From: Paragordius varius | Taxonomy: Eukaryota; Animalia; Nematomorpha | Length of the DNA: 64,000 nucleotides | Reading direction: 5' to 3' | Assembly (NCBI GenBank): GCA_964247055.1 | Contig: OZ176051.1 | Location: forward strand, 14,942,001-15,006,000 | Shown here: positions 10,192 through 24,700 of the stretch, one piece after another | Position numbering within the stretch: position 1 is the first letter of the stretch | Layout: each line of letters starts with the position of its first letter | Translations under genes and position numbers: made by a program | The notes under the pieces: model-generated | What the model saw: only the letters and a program-made list of their open reading frames with translations | Told to the model about the DNA's origin: nothing | The model's database searches: none

Positions 10192-13100
10192 TTATTGAAT
10201 CATTCCAGGATAAGAAATGTTGGGCCGTTTCTCACATTCCTCTATTAGAGTAGCATTAATGTTATCCAATTTAATTGTGCCAATAAGCATATATTTATTA
10301 TCATTGAGCTTTAGAGCAACCAATTGATTACAAACATCATTAAAGTATCCATTACCTATGCAAAATATTTATAATTAATGCGTGAAAATCAAAAATATTA
10401 AATATAATATAAACCACCTCTCTCATAAGAACACCAAAAAAGGCTTGGCTCATTATCCGCATCCTAAAATCTCTCAAAATTGGTAATGTGTTTGGTTGTT
10501 TTAAATATTTTAGAAATCTATTGAATAATATTCACAAGCTTTCAAAACAAAATAAAGGTATAGGAAGGAAGATAACATTAGAAGGCGTCGCATGTCATGG
10601 TGGCTTAAAATCAGTAAATCATCTAACAGCAAAAACCAAACCTAGGGAGGAGCCAAAAGAACCAAATTCACATAAAAGTTACCAAGAAATCATTACAAGA
10701 TCTTTACAGCAACACCGTATAATTGAGAAAAATATTGAAACATACATTGTATTGTTTAAGAGTGAAAACTAAGATAAACCAAATCTCACAAGTTAATTGT
10801 TTATATACCAAGTCAAACATTGCTTATTTTTGTGTTTCACAAATCTAATAATTAAATATCGTCACATCTCTATAAATAAATATACCTCTCAAATCAATGT
10901 TTAATTTTTTCTCCCTGTCTTTGCTTGAAAGTTTTTCCCAGCCTGGTATGCTGAAAAGGATTGTAATGCTGGCAAAACTGAAACTATTGAAATGTTTAAT
11001 GATTCCAAAAAATTGAAACTTATATCTATTCGTTCAATTGTCTGTTTATATGCAGCGCGTGTAAAATCAACGGATCTAATTTCACTATGATGTATTACAA
11101 GGGATTTTAAATGCGCCCATTTCTCAAATGGTTCCAAGTTTCTAAACCCCGTAACACATTCCAGGCCCAAAACTTCCAAATTATTTTCGGTTTCGAAAAA
11201 TTCGGGAGTGACCATACAATTCCTAAGGAACAAAGAGGTTAGATTTTTAGGGAAAGATTCAGCGGACCTAAGAAAGGTTTTTTGGAGATACGATTTTCCT
11301 TCTATGGTTAGGGAGCGAATGTTAGGGAATTTTCGCAATATGTCAGAAATATCATCGAAATCTTCCACCACGTGCAAAAGCAATTCTTTCGCGTTCAAAT
11401 TTTTCGCCGTAAAAGTGTTGGTGTATGATTTCACTTCTAGTCTTTCCAGTGAAGGCAAATAAGCTTCTATTACATTATCGAATTTTGACTCTAAAATTAA
11501 ACTCTTTATGGCCGTGTGATTGATATGTCCAACTAAACGTACGTTATTAATCAAATCAATAAAGCTACGTTTTGCAACTTTGGAAAGAGATTTAAGAAGG
11601 ACCAATTGAAATTTTTCTCATAACCAAATATTGTAAGTTTGATCGATTTAATCATTGTGTGTGTAGACAATTCCTTTAACAATTCATATGTATAATTAAT
11701 ATTTGCGTGATAATCCCCAACACTAACTACTGTTGAATTTTTTTGCCGGACTTAAAAGCCTGAATAGTAGATACAAAAAATATTGCTGAATTGGCTTCTG
11801 TTTTAACTATTCTGATCATATCACTGATTGATAATACATCCGAACAATTATAATTATTTGTCGATTCTATGTGTATGCATTGAAAATTATAAAATTTACA
11901 ATAATCCAGGCGCCTTATCAACGTTAATATGTGCGTTTTATTGGCAAAATCGTAGATTGAACCATCTCTGTATTTGCAAGCACCAATAAAATTGCCAATT
12001 TCACTAATTACATTGGTCATACCCGCACACTTGAGGTTATTCCCGATAACTATATGTAAAAAAAAGTTAAGAAATAAAATTAATTTCTAAATCTTAATAA
12101 TATTAAAAAAATGATTTAATCAAAAAAAGATAGCGAATTGAAAAATCATCATTTATTGAAACATTATTCAATTTCATTGTACTCATTTGGTTGGTAATTT
12201 TCTTTAAATATGGTGAGCTAATGTCTATGATTTGTAATTGTGGATATTCTTTTAATTCATCAATGTCAAATGTCTCAATAAAATTGTTTGAAATGTTTAA
12301 ATATTACATATTTAAGAAATAAGATTGTTCTTTAAGTGAAACAATATTTTCATTTTCCAAAGGAGGGAATAAATGCGTTATGTTATTATAAGCCAGATTT
12401 AAATGTGTAAGATTCCAAAGTTGTTGCCAAACATCCATATAAATAGCAGAGATTTGATTGTTTTCCAAGTTTAAAGATGAAGATTGCAAACTAGTCAAGT
12501 TTATATGTAACAAATGACTAGCATTTATTTGACCGTTCAATTTAAATACCAAATTTAGACTTTGTAACTTAGAACAAAATTGGTATTTTTCGTTCATTTT
12601 CTCCAATTCTATCTGATTATAACTTAGGTTAAGAGCTTTTAGGCTGGGACTACACACATCAGTCCAACTACTTAATTTATTACCAGATAAATCCAATGTT
12701 TCTATGTTATGCGTTGCATTGAATCCCCCAATGACTACGTTTTTTAGATTCTTTCCAACTTTTAAATATTTTAAAGAAGGTGGAATATTCTGTAAATTAA
12801 TTGTCTCCAAATTGCTAGATAATAAAGTAAGATTAATCAGTTTCATTAAATTCCCTAAATTGGTTAATGATTGCGATGACAAATTTGTATGACCATTCAT
12901 CTCCAAACTTTTTAGTGATGATGAAAAGTATTTTATTTGGCTTAAATCAAACGGTGTTTGCACATTTATTGATAAGAAGGTTAGGTTAGATTGGGACCCC
13001 AAATGTCTGAATAATTGTTCCAATGCAGATTTAGATATTGATTTGTCTACTTGATTAATTTCCAAGCGGTTTAAATTGGGCAATGACATGTCCCCCGTAG

Positions 13101-13526
13101 TATTAACACTTTTAATTCGAACATTATCCAACTTTAATGCTCTTATCCATGTTACTTTTATATCGTTCAAGTTTAGCATTTCAAAATCGCAATTTATGAA
13201 GGTTAAATCAAAAAACTTATCTTAGAATCAAACATATCCTTATTATACCCAGACATTGATCCTGAACCACTGTGGTGAATTTGTTCTTCATCGTCGATCG
13301 GATAAAAATTTCGATGCGAATATAATTTCGCTAATTCTTCCAATTTAACTTTTAACATTTCCAATTGTCTGTCTCCCATGTTTTTGCATTTTATTTGGCT
13401 TAATTTACATTCACATGGATTGGTTATATTGAGGCACCAATCATGAAAAACTTTGTTCGGAATGACTTCCGTGTGTGCTTTAATAAACGGACAAGCGCAG
13501 AAAAAAAGTATTATAGGTAAATGCAT
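10192..13526 (-). pseudogene. LRR receptor-like gene, complete copy; about four -1 frameshifts, one in-frame TAA, inferred introns
   Basis: ORFs 13203-13526, 12304-13179, 11727-12020 and 10901-11605 join into one LRR protein with single-base corrections. An intron at 10356-10885 (GTATAT...TTTTGCATAG) joins LNIDLRG|NGYFNDVC, an LRRCT-like motif. A possible intron lies at 12050-12182. Confidence 0.75.
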
Positions 13527-15924
13527 TTCACGTTTTTAACGAAAAAAAATTTAATGATAAAATAGAGTTATAAACTGCTAAAAATTTCTTTATTAATCGA
13601 AAATGAAGATTGTGTAATTCAGCGAATTGTTATTTACTAGCCTTATACGCAAGTTACATATAATAACTAGTAAATATAAGATATTACAACGAAAATAAAT
13701 GATTAATATCTTCGAAATTTTATAATTAGAAATATAAATAAACAACCTACAGAGTTTACTTAATCGTTTCTAATGCATGCTACCTCTTTATAAAATAAAC
13801 TTTTTTCGTGATATTTTTATTTTTTAGACGCACCTAGTTGATTGTAAAGATACAATTAGAAATTGATATTATCCTAATTAAGTAAAGTTATCTAGCCCAA
13901 AACTATTATATTTATATGATTTATTGTGTTAAATTACAATAAATTATACTAAGAAAATGTAATTACTTAAATACAAATATTTTTTTTAAAAGCTCTTTAA
14001 ACCTTAATCCTTTTTAATAAATTATATAATTTGTGAATTTTATAAATTAGCAATTTAAACGTTTTTTGCAAAAAATATTTAGCGTTATTACATTTATATA
14101 TATATATATATATATATATAAATCTTTAAATTGTATTGTTTCAGTATTGATGAAGTTAAATAAAATCAGGGCTATAAAAGGTATAAACGCCCACGTGTTG
14201 TCTGAAGGTAAAACATTTCATAACACGTTTTTAAAAGTCTGAGTTAAGTTAAACAATAACCTTCAAATATTGTATAGACTATTAGTTATATATATTGCTC
14301 ATATTAATTAAAATAAATTTACCAAATCAGTAGATAACAATAACAAATGAAATACAAAACTCTATTAACTAAAAAATTTAAAAATAGAAAACATTTACCT
14401 TAGTTTACTAAACAACATTATTATAAAGATGCATTTATTAACTTGAATTTGTCTAGCGTTTTAAATCTACAAGTAGATTAAAGTTTATCAATATGCTAGA
14501 TTAAATGAATTTTGGATTTCTAATCTTTGATAACAAACGTAACAATAAAATTGAATACAAGTTTTTTGAAATATGATATTGTGAGTAAGTTAATTTTTCC
14601 TGAATATTTTAAAAATTAAAACTCCAATAAATTTGCTATATTGAACAATATTATTGTGATGCCCCTACAATTTTAGATACAGTTACAAGAGTTATAATTA
14701 ACCATTTCATTCTATTTAGCTAAAGCGGTTTTTTAATTTTAATAAAATTTATATCTTCTGGCGCTCTTGTATTTCGTCTCGACAGTTTTATTTAATATAT
14801 CACTAATAAAATAATGGCAACATAAATATGGCCTATAGTAGCATTCGTTACTATGTATAATGAATCATACGATAGCCAATTCTTTTGGTTATATAGTTTA
14901 AAATGCCTTATACTATAGCTAAATTAACCATATCTACTTCATTTTCAAATACAAGTTCTTTATTGACTCAATTTTAGGTAAATGTAGATTAATAAATGTA
15001 TTCATCGCTTTTTGTCAAAGTCTTTGGAGAATTAGCCTTAGTAAAATTAATAGGATAATATAAATGCCAAACATATAGATATTGAAAATATCCAAAACCA
15101 TTTAAGAAAGGACAATATAAATCAACCATTAGCTATAGATATGAGGTTAGTATTTCGATTATAATATATATTTATTTTAGACGCAAAAAGTATCTAAAAA
15201 TTTTGTACTTTATTAATCGAAAATAACGATTGTGTAATTCAGCGAATTGTTATTAAATAACCTTATACGCAGGTTAGATATAATAACAAAATTTTGTAAA
15301 TGAAAGAATTACAACGAAAATAAATGATTGATTTCTTGGAGATTTTATAATTAGAAATAACAACCTATTGAGTTTACTCAATTGTTTATTATGCTGCTAC
15401 CTTTTATAGAATATCTTTTTTTTGTTATACTTTTATTTTTTTCGCACCTAGTTAATTGTAAAGATACAGGTATTATCCTAATTAAGCGTATAAAGTTATC
15501 CGACCCAAAACTATTATTGTATGATTTATTGTGTTAAATTACAATAAAATTAAAATTATACTGAGTAAATGTAATTATTTATATGTAATTATTTTTATTA
15601 AAGTACTCTTTAAACCTTAATCTTTTTTAAATTATATAATTAAAATTGTGAATTTATAAATTAGCAATTTAAACGTTTTTTGCAAAAAATATTTAGCGTA
15701 TACTATTACATTTATTATGTATATTTTAAATTGTATTGTTTACGTGTTGTCTGAAGGTAAAACATTTCATAATATTTAACACGTTTTTGAAGGTTTGAGT
15801 TATATAAAAAAATAAAATCAAATATTGTATAGACTATTAGTTATATATATTGCTCATATTAAGTAAAATAAATTTACCATATCTGGAGAATTACAATAAC
15901 ATATGAAATACAAAACTCTATTTA

Positions 15925-16501
15925 CACTTCGATTTAAATTGGGGTATCTAAATACCCCAGACTAAATTTAAATTAAAATTTTTAAAAAACACTGAAGGAA
16001 ACGGTCCCAATTAAAATTTATGCTTCTATCCGGATAAATATTATATAAATATGCCAAAATATCTTGATAAAATTTTGTTTTGAAAAAAAGTTCCACCTCA
16101 AACTACTTCGACGCCATTTTTATTTTACAAAAATTTTGCAAAATATCGTCTTCATTTAATTTTAAGGGTAAAACTAAAGCTTATTTTTTTTATAAATTAC
16201 ATCTAACATTGATAGTAATAGAAAAAGCGTTTTATTTTGTATTATTTTTTTATTTTATAATTTGACACATGTCACGTTGACTAAATTTTTACCTGTCAGT
16301 TTTAGCTCAAAAAAGGTAATATCAAGTATTTTTAAATAAAATTTTTTATATATTTCGGTTTATAAATGTTATATAAGAGCAACATTTTGCCATGGTTTCG
16401 ATTGCTTCCATACATTTTAGACTACTTAATTTTAAACAGGCCTGGGGTATCCAACTACCCCAATTTAAATAGGACTAAAATGAGTGTGTTGTATCCAAGT
16501 G
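15925..16501. mobile_element. piggyBac-type MITE, array copy 2
   Basis: Same sequence as 4413-4989. Confidence 0.85.
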
Positions 16502-16864
16502 TTAACTAAAAAATTTAAAAATAGAAAACATTTACCTTAGTTTACTAAACAACATTATTATAAAGATGCATTTATTAACTTGAAATGTAAAAAATATAAA
16601 GATATTATGTATACAAAATAATAATTAGTCAAGACAAAATGAATTTTGGATTACTATAACTAATCTCAAACGTAACAATAAAACTGGAATACAAGAATCA
16701 AAACTCCAATAATTAATATTGAATAATACTCTGTGATTTAAAATACAGTTACAAGAGTTATTAACCATTTCGGGATTATGATTAGCTAAAGCGGTTTTTT
16801 CATTTTAATAGTTTCTTCAGCGCTATTGTATTTCGTCTCGACAGTTTTATTTAATATGTCACTA

Positions 16865-17103
16865 TGAATCTTGAAATACAATGATACTTTATTAAAAATT
16901 TCGTGATATTTATACTTTTTTATTAATGATAATTTTAACATGCATGTGCGTCACAATTGTAACAATATGTCTTTTCTTCTACGAATATATATATAAGAAT
17001 TCCATAATGACTCACGAACATAAACGCCAAACGTTATTAATATAATAATATGATGTAAGATAAAAATACAATGATGCAATGTTGTAAATTCAACTACATA
17101 TCA
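16865..17103 (-). mobile_element. Gypsy LTR, copy 2
   Basis: Same sequence as 5353-5591. Confidence 0.8.
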
Positions 17104-18451
17104 CTCTCTTCCTCCTCTAAAAAACGCTTAGGAGGTTTGCGGACTCGATTTGGGTAACGCCTGGGGGCCTCACTCTGCTCACCATCCGACCTCAGTTGAT
17201 CGGCATGTTTCCTCATCTCTATTCCATCTTCATCCTTTACTTCGTACGATAACGGCCCCGTCCTTACTTCAACCGTACCCGGTCGCCATCCTCTAGATAT
17301 CTCGTTCTTTATAAATATTGACTGACAAGGTGTAAATTCTCTTAAGGGTCTCGGTGGTGTACTTACTTTAGGAGTTTCTTTATCTTGGAACCAATTCAAC
17401 GGTGTGTTGATGTTCCGCTTTAAAAACAACGATGCGGGGGTCGTCTTTATCTCGTATGCCATGAATTTCGATAGGCCAATATAACATTTAAAGCCTCTTG
17501 ACTCTTCACGCCAGTCATCATCGTAAAACGAAATTTTGATTTCAACGTATAAATCATTCTTTCCACTGAACCATTTGTCCTTGGGTGGTAAGGAGCAGAT
17601 GTCACATGATTAACGTTCCAGTTTGTCATCTTTTCCCGAAAATTGAACCATTTGAAAAAAGTAGCATTATCAGATACTAGCATTCTTGGAAAACCATTTC
17701 TCCAATTGTTTCAAAATCACATCAGATGTAGTACTGCTAAGTATCCACCTCCTCCCATCTTGAGAACGCGTCAATTAAAATCAAGCAATATTTACCACAC
17801 ATGAGACCTGCGATGTCCACATGAAGTCTTTCCCATATTTCCACATTGAAGTCCATTTATATACCGGATTCTCAGCAACGTTCGCCCTGTTCCTCTGACA
17901 ACACTGACAGTCTGTACTAACTTTTCAATGTTCTTATCCATTCCGGGCCAAAACACCAACGACCTTGTTTTTCATAGCAACGATCCCCGGATGTCCTTCA
18001 TGAAACCAAGCCAAAATTCGTCTTCGCGCAGCTGTTGGGATAACCAACCGATCACCAACATATACGAAACCATCGGCTTGTTTGAGATCATTTCTAACGG
18101 CTTTGAATGCGGATAATTCCGTGACCAATCATTATTTTTAAATGCCATACCTAGTCGTTTTAACAGTTTACTCCAAACAATCTTTTTTTATTTGTTTTAA
18201 ATCCACGAATGCGATTTGTCGGATTTTTTCGGCCACATATTCATCATCATTGTCTACGGATGTCTGACTCTTTTCGGGAATTCTTGAAAACACATCGGCC
18301 ATGTTTGTCGATTCCACAATATATTTCATATCAAAATCATACGCTGCGGCCTTGTAGATCCATGTTAACAATTTACAGTTTCTAATATAACTTCCGATTG
18401 TTCCGAATAAATGAATTATCGCCTTATAATCTAACCAAACCTCACATACAG

Positions 18452-18494
<43 letters not shown>

Positions 18495-20339
18495 ATAAAT
18501 TTTTCTAACCCAAATAGCAAAGCCTTAGTTTCTAATTCAATCACAGAATAATTTTTTTCTGCATTCTGGCATTTTCTTGATGCGAATGCAATTGGTACCA
18601 TTCTCTCTCCATTAGCAGAATTACAATTCCAAAGACTTTTGTAGACGTATCTTGTATTATTGTTTTATTATTTATGTTATAAGTGGCAAGTAAAGATTCT
18701 CTTGATATTAGTTTTTTGCTTGCTTAAATTCATTTTGATCTTGTGACCATCTCCATTCCTTTTTGGATCCTGTTAGTGCATGTAGATTACTAACCTTGAC
18801 ATGTATTCATAATTGAGCAATCCCAAAAAGGATCTTAACTCAGTTTTATTAGTAGGTGTTGCACATTTAGTAATGGCGTCGATTTTATCTTGTACAGGGC
18901 GAATTCCCTATTTGATAACTCAAAACCCTAAAATTTAATATTCTTCTGATGGAATTATAATTTATCTTTTCTTAACGTAAACCCGCATTTTTGTAACCTT
19001 GTTAGGGTCTCGCTAAGATTTTTATTATGTTCATCTTTCGTTTTACCAACAATCAAAACATCTACGAGATAAGCCATTGTGCCTCGGCAATCTTTGAGTA
19101 CCTCATCCATTATTCTCTGGAAAAGGATGGGAGAAACCTTTAATCCAAATGATAGGCGATTAAATTGGAAATATCCCATCGGGGTAGTAATAACTAAATA
19201 TTTTTTACTTTCCACATCCACCGGAATTTGAAGGTATGCGCTCTTTAAATCAATGGACGAGAACCATGTGGATCCCGCACATTTAGACGCGATCGTGTCA
19301 AATGTTGGGATAATCTGAGATATGTTCTCCATCAAAGAATTGATAGTTACCCGGAAATCAGCGCACACCCTAATTTCCCCATTAGTTTTTACGACGTTAA
19401 CCGTAGGAGTCGCCCATTCCACATGGTTTGTGTAGGATCAACGGGACTCACTATTCCCAGGTCCATCAGTCTCACTCTGTATTACCAATGGAATTCGCCG
19501 TGCAGCACAATCTTTTGGTATTGCATCTGATCGGACATATTGACGAGATCACCGTTGTAACAACCCAATTTCCCGTTAAAGAGTTTTGGAAATCGCTTGA
19601 ATACATCATCATGACCATTATTATTATTAGATGTTACTTGATTAACTTTCACGTTATCCGGTAAGGTCATGCCAAAACCAATGATCCAAGGCAGCCCAAA
19701 TATCGGAGATAGCTCTTCTTCCGTCACAAAACATTCTAATTTCTTCGTAATATTTCCCATTGTTACTTTGACAACTGTTTTTCCCAAGAGTTTGATTGGG
19801 TTGTGCCGTAGGAAGTTAATCTGGGAGCACTCTTGGTGCTCCCACCGTCTTCCAGACATTTTTATTAATCAGAGAAGCAGCAGCTCCAGTATCGAAAACC
19901 ATACTGACAGCTTGGCCATAAATCGTAGCGCAAATGTTCGCTTGTGTGCCCCATTTATTATAATTAGCGTTTATATTCTCACTATATCGTTTTTTATGGC
20001 GACACATTGCCTGAAAATGATTTTTTTATTACAATTGTGGTATATTTTTCCGAACGCGGGACATTGTTTTGGTATATGCGATTTACCACATTTGCCACAT
20101 CTCCGCTTCCATTTCCATTCATTATTATTGCCATCATCTTCTTTATGTTCCATATCATTTCTATTATTATTATTATTATTAATTAGTATTATTATTATAA
20201 TTCGACCGATTCTTTTAAATTTTGAGGAAATGCTTGACGACGCATGGGAGGCAATGGCCCTTGCAAGTTCTTGATCCAAGCCATGTCGACAATGGTGGTT
20301 AATGACACCGCCTTCCCACCACACTTCGCATCAGGGAAT
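17094..20339 (-). mobile_element. Decayed Ty3/gypsy gag-pro-pol, copy 2 (retains 64 bp at 19712-19775 that is absent from copy 1)
   Basis: Same motifs as copy 1. The offset changes from 11515 to 11579 across the indel. Confidence 0.93.
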
Positions 20340-21770
20340 TGTGATAAAGATCCATTTAGCATATATTCAAAATTTTATCTAGCGCGAGCTCTGCATTTTT
20401 GCGTTTTAAGAAAATTAGGCTATTTTAGAATGGGTTTTTCGGAGCCCACTCAAAAAATTTAGAAAAAATTTTCTTTTTTAATGTAGTTTATGATAAATTA
20501 TATGACAATTTTTAGAATAAGCCATTTAGCTTTCATCCAAAAAATTTTATTTTACAAAAATGTGGGCAAACTTTGCCATCATCTAATATGGAGCACTTGC
20601 CAGAAAAGTGTAATATATCATCAAGATATTTATTATTCCCGATTTTGTACACAGTGTATAAATACATTTTATTGAAAATTATGTAATGTGCAACTAAAAG
20701 GTTAAAAAAGCAACTTTTTGAATTTGACCTAATACCCTAAATACTTGTAAAAATACTCAAATTTCAAATCGATAGGGTATATAAAATCACCCCAAAAAGT
20801 CATAAAGTATTTATACAATAATGTTTTAAGTTTTCCACACATCTATTTAGTTATCTAGAAATTTTCTGATGTCCAAATGTATTGTTTTCTTCCAGATATA
20901 ATTCGGGAGACCTTTGCGGGTTTTCCTAGTAGGAGTGAACAGCTTCATGTGACCCATTTAAATTAATTATGAATGAGAAATTTTTGTTTTAGTTGTAACC
21001 ATGTCAAACGCATTTATCATTTTGGTGAGGACGTTAGCCATTTAAAATTGTTAGATACTCGAGGGAGTTGACTTTTCTAACGTTTGTATTTTGTGAGCCC
21101 ATAACTTGCATTTTATTGGATAAGTCTTGACTTCTTTGTTCCATATGGCGCTTGGATATTCGGGTAGATAATTATCTTTGTCCTATTTAATATAGTTCAT
21201 GATACTGATTTAGGTGGCTTTTACAAGTTTAAATTTTCATCCGCAAAAATAATTCCGAAGGAAATAAATACGACGTGGAGAAAATATTCAATTTGGAGAG
21301 AATAGCGGTGCCGTACAAGGTAAAAGATGGAAATCGATGCCTTCTCAGATCAATTACGGCCGACTGGCGTTTCGAGGGGTGGAGAGGAGAATGATTGTGG
21401 TCCAACGATAAACCAACCGATGTGTGCAATATAACAACCAATAATCGGAAAGTGAGGGACTAACAAGGCAAAGCAAAGGAAAGCGAGAAAGAACCAAAAA
21501 AGAGAATTTAATATATCCTATTGTTTGGCGAGTGACCTCAAGGGAGAAATCCATTAGCCTACACAAAAAATTAATGACTATATTTTAGTTTTTGCATTTT
21601 GAACAAATGTATTATATATGTGACAAGATCTAACAACGATTTTGATTTAAGTCTCTAAGGGCAATAATATAGAATGCCAATATTTATTTTTTCAAACACC
21701 CCCACTTAAAATATTTATTATTCCCAACACCCAATAACAACATTAAAACATGTTAAAACATTTTTTATTA

Positions 21771-24700
21771 TTATTGAATCATTCCAGGATAAGAAATGTT
21801 GGGCCGTTTCTCACATTCCTCTATTAGAGTAGCATTAATGTTATCCAATTTAATTGTGCCAATAAGCATATATTTATTATCATTGAGCTTTAGAGCAACC
21901 AATTGATTACAAACATCATTAAAGTATCCATTACCTATGCAAAATATTTATAATTAATGCGTGAAAATCAAAAATATTAAATATAATATAAACCACCTCT
22001 CTCATAAGAACACCAAAAAAGGCTTGGCTCATTATCCGCATCCTAAAATCTCTCAAAATTGGTAATGTGTTTGGTTGTTTTAAATATTTTAGAAATCTAT
22101 TGAATAATATTCACAAGCTTTCAAAACAAAATAAAGGTATAGGAAGGAAGATAACATTAGAAGGCGTCGCATGTCATGGTGGCTTAAAATCAGTAAATCA
22201 TCTAACAGCAAAAACCAAACCTAGGGAGGAGCCAAAAGAACCAAATTCACATAAAAGTTACCAAGAAATCATTACAAGATCTTTACAGCAACACCGTATA
22301 ATTGAGAAAAATATTGAAACATACATTGTATTGTTTAAGAGTGAAAACTAAGATAAACCAAATCTCACAAGTTAATTGTTTATATACCAAGTCAAACATT
22401 GCTTATTTTTGTGTTTCACAAATCTAATAATTAAATATCGTCACATCTCTATAAATAAATATACCTCTCAAATCAATGTTTAATTTTTTCTCCCTGTCTT
22501 TGCTTGAAAGTTTTTCCCAGCCTGGTATGCTGAAAAGGATTGTAATGCTGGCAAAACTGAAACTATTGAAATGTTTAATGATTCCAAAAAATTGAAACTT
22601 ATATCTATTCGTTCAATTGTCTGTTTATATGCAGCGCGTGTAAAATCAACGGATCTAATTTCACTATGATGTATTACAAGGGATTTTAAATGCGCCCATT
22701 TCTCAAATGGTTCCAAGTTTCTAAACCCCGTAACACATTCCAGGCCCAAAACTTCCAAATTATTTTCGGTTTCGAAAAATTCGGGAGTGACCATACAATT
22801 CCTAAGGAACAAAGAGGTTAGATTTTTAGGGAAAGATTCAGCGGACCTAAGAAAGGTTTTTTGGAGATACGATTTTCCTTCTATGGTTAGGGAGCGAATG
22901 TTAGGGAATTTTCGCAATATGTCAGAAATATCATCGAAATCTTCCACCACGTGCAAAAGCAATTCTTTCGCGTTCAAATTTTTCGCCGTAAAAGTGTTGG
23001 TGTATGATTTCACTTCTAGTCTTTCCAGTGAAGGCAAATAAGCTTCTATTACATTATCGAATTTTGACTCTAAAATTAAACTCTTTATGGCCGTGTGATT
23101 GATATGTCCAACTAAACGTACGTTATTAATCAAATCAATAAAGCTACGTTTTGCAACTTTGGAAAGAGATTTAAGAAGGACCAATTGAAATTTTTCTCAT
23201 AACCAAATATTGTAAGTTTGATCGATTTAATCATTGTGTGTGTAGACAATTCCTTTAACAATTCATATGTATAATTAATATTTGCGTGATAATCCCCAAC
23301 ACTAACTACTGTTGAATTTTTTTGCCGGACTTAAAAGCCTGAATAGTAGATACAAAAAATATTGCTGAATTGGCTTCTGTTTTAACTATTCTGATCATAT
23401 CACTGATTGATAATACATCCGAACAATTATAATTATTTGTCGATTCTATGTGTATGCATTGAAAATTATAAAATTTACAATAATCCAGGCGCCTTATCAA
23501 CGTTAATATGTGCGTTTTATTGGCAAAATCGTAGATTGAACCATCTCTGTATTTGCAAGCACCAATAAAATTGCCAATTTCACTAATTACATTGGTCATA
23601 CCCGCACACTTGAGGTTATTCCCGATAACTATATGTAAAAAAAAGTTAAGAAATAAAATTAATTTCTAAATCTTAATAATATTAAAAAAATGATTTAATC
23701 AAAAAAAGATAGCGAATTGAAAAATCATCATTTATTGAAACATTATTCAATTTCATTGTACTCATTTGGTTGGTAATTTTCTTTAAATATGGTGAGCTAA
23801 TGTCTATGATTTGTAATTGTGGATATTCTTTTAATTCATCAATGTCAAATGTCTCAATAAAATTGTTTGAAATGTTTAAATATTACATATTTAAGAAATA
23901 AGATTGTTCTTTAAGTGAAACAATATTTTCATTTTCCAAAGGAGGGAATAAATGCGTTATGTTATTATAAGCCAGATTTAAATGTGTAAGATTCCAAAGT
24001 TGTTGCCAAACATCCATATAAATAGCAGAGATTTGATTGTTTTCCAAGTTTAAAGATGAAGATTGCAAACTAGTCAAGTTTATATGTAACAAATGACTAG
24101 CATTTATTTGACCGTTCAATTTAAATACCAAATTTAGACTTTGTAACTTAGAACAAAATTGGTATTTTTCGTTCATTTTCTCCAATTCTATCTGATTATA
24201 ACTTAGGTTAAGAGCTTTTAGGCTGGGACTACACACATCAGTCCAACTACTTAATTTATTACCAGATAAATCCAATGTTTCTATGTTATGCGTTGCATTG
24301 AATCCCCCAATGACTACGTTTTTTAGATTCTTTCCAACTTTTAAATATTTTAAAGAAGGTGGAATATTCTGTAAATTAATTGTCTCCAAATTGCTAGATA
24401 ATAAAGTAAGATTAATCAGTTTCATTAAATTCCCTAAATTGGTTAATGATTGCGATGACAAATTTGTATGACCATTCATCTCCAAACTTTTTAGTGATGA
24501 TGAAAAGTATTTTATTTGGCTTAAATCAAACGGTGTTTGCACATTTATTGATAAGAAGGTTAGGTTAGATTGGGACCCCAAATGTCTGAATAATTGTTCC
24601 AATGCAGATTTAGATATTGATTTGTCTACTTGATTAATTTCCAAGCGGTTTAAATTGGGCAATGACATGTCCCCCGTAGTATTAACACTTTTAATTCGAA

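Noticed and set aside
8760-10200. 5' LTR and primer-binding site of the gypsy element
   Set aside because: No match to the 5353-5591 LTR and no TGG-type PBS upstream of gag. The element appears 5' truncated.
10488-10772. 94-aa plus-strand ORF (and copy at 22067)
   Set aside because: It lies antisense within the inferred LRR intron, has a GTG start and no recognisable motif.
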